A stretch of DNA of 64,000 nt from Phoronis australis (Eukaryota > Animalia > Phoronida), in the NCBI GenBank assembly GCA_002633005.1, contig NMRA01000022.1, positions 1,565,036 through 1,629,035 on the forward strand, written 5' to 3'. Below, one piece after another: positions 59,251 to 64,000 of this stretch (positions are counted from its first letter, which is position 1; every line of letters begins with the position of its first letter). The notes under the pieces were generated by a model, which saw only the letters and a list, made by a program, of their open reading frames with translations, was not told the DNA's origin and did no database searches. Both the position numbers and the translations under genes were made by a program.

Positions 59251-62200
59251 TGTGCCAGGGGCAGATCTAGGATTTTGAGTTAGTGGGGGGCCAGGGCAGA
59301 GTATTAAAATCACTCTGTTTGCGTTGCTGCCGTGGGTGCATTTCAATGCTCTGCGTTGCTCTAGTAATTCATTAATACACTATGTTTGTGAAGTAATGGA
59401 GATGTCATGATTCCATCCCAGAATCTTTCTGTTCTCAAGCCACTACTTGACCACTGTGCCACCAGCACATAACAGAAATCGGAAGTCGCCTTTTTTATAC
59501 CCAGAATTGTATGATGACACTTTTCTTTCATCAATTTCCAGTTGCTGCTTTTATGATGCTTTGTAATTGACACATCACCCAACAGAAATAATAAAGCAGA
59601 ATACTGGCTGTGGACTACTTTCTAGTTTTACGATAAAAGTCATATTACAGTTTTCAAAAATTCAAAACATAACGATGTGTTCTCTTTACGAACTTTTCAA
59701 TTATGCTAGTTAAACAGTTTCCAAATTGAAAATCTCAAAAATATAATCGTCGCCCCCAGTGTTTACAGCCGTGTTTATGATTGGCAATTTTGCACCTGAT
59801 TACCCAAGTAAATCTCCAGAGAATAACGTCAGCTGAAGCTGGGTGGTTTCTTTGAAGATAGCGGCAGCTTTAAGGTTAGCGAACCGGTTTAGTTCGTATG
59901 TCATCCGGATTCTGTCATGTTTGTTTTCAAGTCACCGTAAAATATACCCCAGTGAACACAAACATTCATTAAGTCATCGCAGTCCCCTCCATGACTAAAT
60001 AGCACAAAAGGCTAAAATGTTCACTTGAGACTTTCAATACACATCATTTGTGTGGACATAAGCATGTGCACACTTGACGTGCAGACATGAAAAAATTTAA
60101 AATTACCAAGAGAAATTATTTGGCTCGATTATTTTGCATTATAAACAACCGTTGTGTAACAGGAAATTACAGATTTTTTCGAAATATAATTGTTTCCCCA
60201 TTACCAGCATCTGCTGAAGTTTTACTGAAATCTCAAGGTTTTAGGTTAAAACTGTCTTGTAGCTTACCAACCGAATGAGTACTACCTTGACCATAGACAT
60301 TTTGCAATGAATACAGCAGAATAAAAACAAAACCTGTTGTATATCTTCATGGTGGCTATTGACATGGGTAAATTGCACTTCCTTGCTTCAAAACCTGGAT
60401 TAATCACCATATCATTACAGCTTTGTAAATTATAATAATCATGATGTTTTTAAACATCTTATTAAAATAAGTCAGCTGTTGAGCTGCATCATCATATATA
60501 AACGACAGTTACTCTATGAATAGTTTGAAACTGGGAGATGTCTTGTTTTTGGATAACACAGTCACGGTCAGATTTAGTGCCCCTTTCAGACACAACGAAA
60601 CATTCCATCGTCATGCCATTTATAGGACTTCAGAAGCCAGAAATTCTTGAAGAATTTTACTTCACCCACCATGAAACATCCTAGAATCCCCAATGAATGA
60701 AATCGACCTGCCAAATAGTCTAGCACTGACCATCTTACATAAGCTGACAAAGACATGTGAGCACTAAATTTGCTTCGTTACATCTAGTCTGTTCAGTCTC
60801 GCAATTAATATCAGTCTGATACCTGCGCGCACCCAGCCTTGAAAATGGGTTGGCTCGAATTTCTGTCGATGTGACCTTTTGCTGACAAAAAATCTTGAGG
60901 ACTAAAAAAACAGTAACACCCTTCAGGACTGTGCACTGTGCGTCTTTTTTAGTGAACATTTGTCTCGTTTTGTCGGACTTTTTGCTTCTTTGCGGTGGAC
61001 CTTTTTGCCCACTTCGCCAAATGGGGGGGGCTCATTTGAGCCCCCCAAGCCCCCCTGGGTGCGCGCATGTGATAGGATCAACATTAGATTGCTCTGCACT
61101 TCGGAATTCCATAATTTTTATGTTTTAACACGAGGAGTCTTACCTTTTTTAAAAACTTAAAAATTTTGGTACCTTTTCCAATTTACAATAAGAATTTCAC
61201 CATTGGCTCAATTCATTTTGTGAAACACTGTGACGGTAGCTTGACAACCAGCATGTTTTTAGCAGCTGACAAGCCTTCGACATGTAGAATAAAAGGATCA
61301 ACAACTTGATGTGTTTATTATGAAGGTTACCAATTGTTAAACAGATTAACTTTAGAAACTGGTAGACAGTTATTTTAACAAATTTAAACAATAATAACAA
61401 AAATAAAACTTGCACAACCACAAACTAGTGCCAACTCTGCTGAGGTCAACTAAACCAGTCCTTCATAGCATTAGCAGTACTAAAACAGTGTGTTACAATC
61501 ACCTCATTACAACAAACTACTATCCTTAAAAGTGACAAAAAATCAAATTTGTTTAAATTATAAATACATCACATACTAAATATAGTAATTGTTAACTAAC
61601 TGATTTGAAGAGCAGAGTTTGTCTTGTATTTAAAGCAGTAGTCAACACTAACTCTTACCACAGACTATAGTACATGGACCGCCAACTGCGTACAACATAA
61701 ATTGAACTTTCAATGGACGAAATCTGTGCTCTTTTGAACAACAATACGTCATTTTTCACTGGCGACATCTGGCCCGATTATCTGGTGTTATTTCCGGCAA
61801 GTACACCCTCTGCTGATCTTTATTAGCTGTTGTGTGGTTGGTGGTAGTTGCATTGCTAAAAGTACTCACGAGACCAACAGTTCTACTATTTTAAAGATTT
61901 TGAACGGCGTTTCAAAGCCGAAATTATTATTTTGTTTTCGTTGTACTGGGCAGTAATTAAAAATAGATGCGAGAGTTTCCGTCACAATACACTTACCGGA
62001 AAATGAACCAGTTAATTTAGGAAAGCGGCACCTCTAGGATAGTACAGAAGAAAATGTCAGAGTTGCGAATCTGTTGTCTATAATCTATGCTCTTACTTAA
62101 TATGTAATACTTCACTTATCTAGCAAACAACACGACAAATAAGTGATGTTCTATTTTGTCAAATTTCTTCTCAAAAAATAAAAAGTAAGAAAATTTTAGT

Positions 62201-62370
62201 CAATTACTAACATGGTTTGTGTAGATATCACAAAACAACATTTAGTAACTAAGGTTTCCATTATTTGTATCAAAGTTATCAGCCTTTGAATAACGGAAAA
62301 TTAGAATTTTGGTGATTAGTTTTGTGCGAAATAGTGAAGTATTTTCTATTAAAAGTAACTGAAACACCAA

Positions 62371-62515
62371 CAACTACCTGTAGATTCTCAGGACGGTTCA
62401 GCACATGAGATGATACAACTACCTGTAGACCCTCACGACGGTTCAGCACATGAGATGATACAACTACCTGTAGACCCTCAGGACGGTTAGCACATGACAT
62501 GACACAACTAACAGT
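62371..62515. repeat. 45-bp tandem repeat x3 between the converging RPP25-like and RING genes
   Basis: CAACTACCTGTAGACCCTCA(G/C)GACGGTTCAGCACATGAGATGATA. Confidence 0.9.
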
Positions 62516-63639
62516 TAGCAATGTTTTTGTTGATCAGTTTATGCATACTATAAATCCATTCTTTCAGCAAATGACCAGTCATCTTCAAGGTACGCACTCT
62601 GTAAGATGATTTGAGACATCTGAGCTCTGTTGAACCAACGTAAGCTCTGTACGTACAATAAGAAAACGTGACAAAAGTGACTGACTGAGCAATGCGCAAT
62701 CTGGGTAAAAACTCAGTGGACGGGGATGCATTCAAGGTGTGTTTTCGGTTCATTTTCACCAGTCCCCAGGATGTTTCGTGAAGATGAGATCAGTTAAGAG
62801 CGATACGGCCTTTCGCTGAAAAGTTAAATGAACAATGTACTAAGCATAAGTTTCACAATCAAAACATTGCTACGAATTATTCTCTGTCATTAAATTGGAC
62901 CAAAACTTATCACACTTTATGACTACTATAAAACCTCACCAATTTCGAGCAAAAATAATAACTAATTTTTTACAAGGGCTTCTAGCACTACTGTGAATGC
63001 CCATAATTTCTTACACTGTCTGGCAGTAGCTCCACCAACGAACTTGAACATGGAAAACTTTGAATTTGATGATACATATCTTCCATCAAAAACTGGCAGA
63101 ATAAAATTTCACTTGTCCACCTACCATATTGTGCCGTAAATGGGTGAGGCTTTAATGTACTAAGGTCAGCTGTTAAGAACCCTTCAGAAATGATACAACA
63201 TGCACAAATAAAATACTAGAGAAACAGAATATTTTGATAAAATTCTGGGTTCAGAACATCTAATTGTCAACAGGAATTCATCCTTACCTATCTACATACT
63301 CGACTACTGAAAATGACTATTAATATAGAGCTCGTAAGTAGATCACACGAGCTGCTTTACTCAAAACTGCACCTAAAAGATAATCCAAGATTTGACTATA
63401 ACACTGGAAATACCATGGAGAAAGTGAACTAATTGTTGTCCATTTTGTTGATGAGAAAACTTACTATTATGATCCTATACAGTCTTGTAGTTGCTAGTAG
63501 CAAGCAATGTTAGAAAAAGTTTTTCAAAATGAGCTTATACCAAGAATGTAACATACTCATTTGGTTAACTTGACATTGAAATTATTACACAATACAGTTT
63601 TTTGTCTATTTCAATCAAATGAGAGAACATTACACAACC

Positions 63640-63972
63640 TCATGTGTAGACACTGTTATAGTTATTAGTCCAATGGCGAGAGCTATTGGAAACAGTATTA
63701 TTTACATGCCTCCTATCACCATGGCTACTGCGTTTTGTGTTGCCAGGGCAACTGTGTCTCTCATAAGTGCTCTTGGCATCACTGAGATCAATGCTATTTC
63801 TAGACGTCTGATTGAGTTTGAGAATTTTCGTCCGGCAAACGACGCATCGTAACGGCAAGTTCCGCTGGCAGAGGGCAGCTTGGATGGTTTTTACAAAACA
63901 GCGTCGACAAACAACGCAGTGATTGCATGGAAAGGTGGTCATTAATGCAGGAGCATCCATACAGACGACACA
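63640..63972 (-). CDS. Terminal coding exon of a RING-HC (C3HC4-type) zinc finger protein; upstream exons outside the window
   Basis: Acceptor ttcttttcttccag at 63973, then CVVC-x11-C-N-H-x3-C-x2-C-x17-C-x2-C, a low-complexity tail, and TGA at 63640-63642. Confidence 0.8.
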   Translation of the reverse strand, partial: CVVCMDAPALMTTFPCNHCVVCRRCFVKTIQAALCQRNLPLRCVVCRTKILKLNQTSRNSIDLSDAKSTYERHSCPGNTKRSSHGDRRHVNNTVSNSSRHWTNNYNSVYT

Positions 63973-64000
63973 CTGGAAGAAAAGAACATACTCAATTACA

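Noticed and set aside
63619-63852. Plus-strand 77-aa ORF
   Set aside because: Antisense shadow of the RING exon.
1-64000. tRNA, rRNA or snoRNA genes
   Set aside because: No cloverleaf, rRNA motif or convincing C/D or H/ACA arrangement seen by eye; a tRNAscan-SE/Infernal run would be needed to exclude them.

Overview
Eukaryotic genomic DNA from an intron-rich invertebrate animal; a mollusc-like lineage is my inference from repeat style, not something the sequence proves. About 51 kb is the minus-strand TRRAP gene (PIKK pseudokinase scaffold of SAGA and NuA4/TIP60). I traced 73 GT-AG coding exons by hand from the ATG at 51655 to the PI3K-like region at 664, and the gene continues off the left edge. 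One conserved coding block is missing and probably lies in the N gap at 47269-47902. TRRAP is head-to-head, across an apparent shared promoter of about 0.3 kb, with a plus-strand RPP25/RPP25L (Alba) gene whose start codon appears to be formed by splicing. The last exon of a minus-strand RING-HC gene lies at the right edge. Introns hold a solo LTR with TSD, a hAT-like MITE, a 1.6-kb TIR element, a Penelope-like 3' end with a decayed minimal hammerhead ribozyme, and HINE/Helentron-like elements. One of these carries a ~150-bp-period, ~450-bp higher-order array with a CTCF-consensus-like motif in every monomer. The most unusual recurring pattern is tandem duplication of splice junctions themselves, producing decoy donors and acceptors, some leading straight into stop codons. 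All coordinates were read by eye and no database searches were run.
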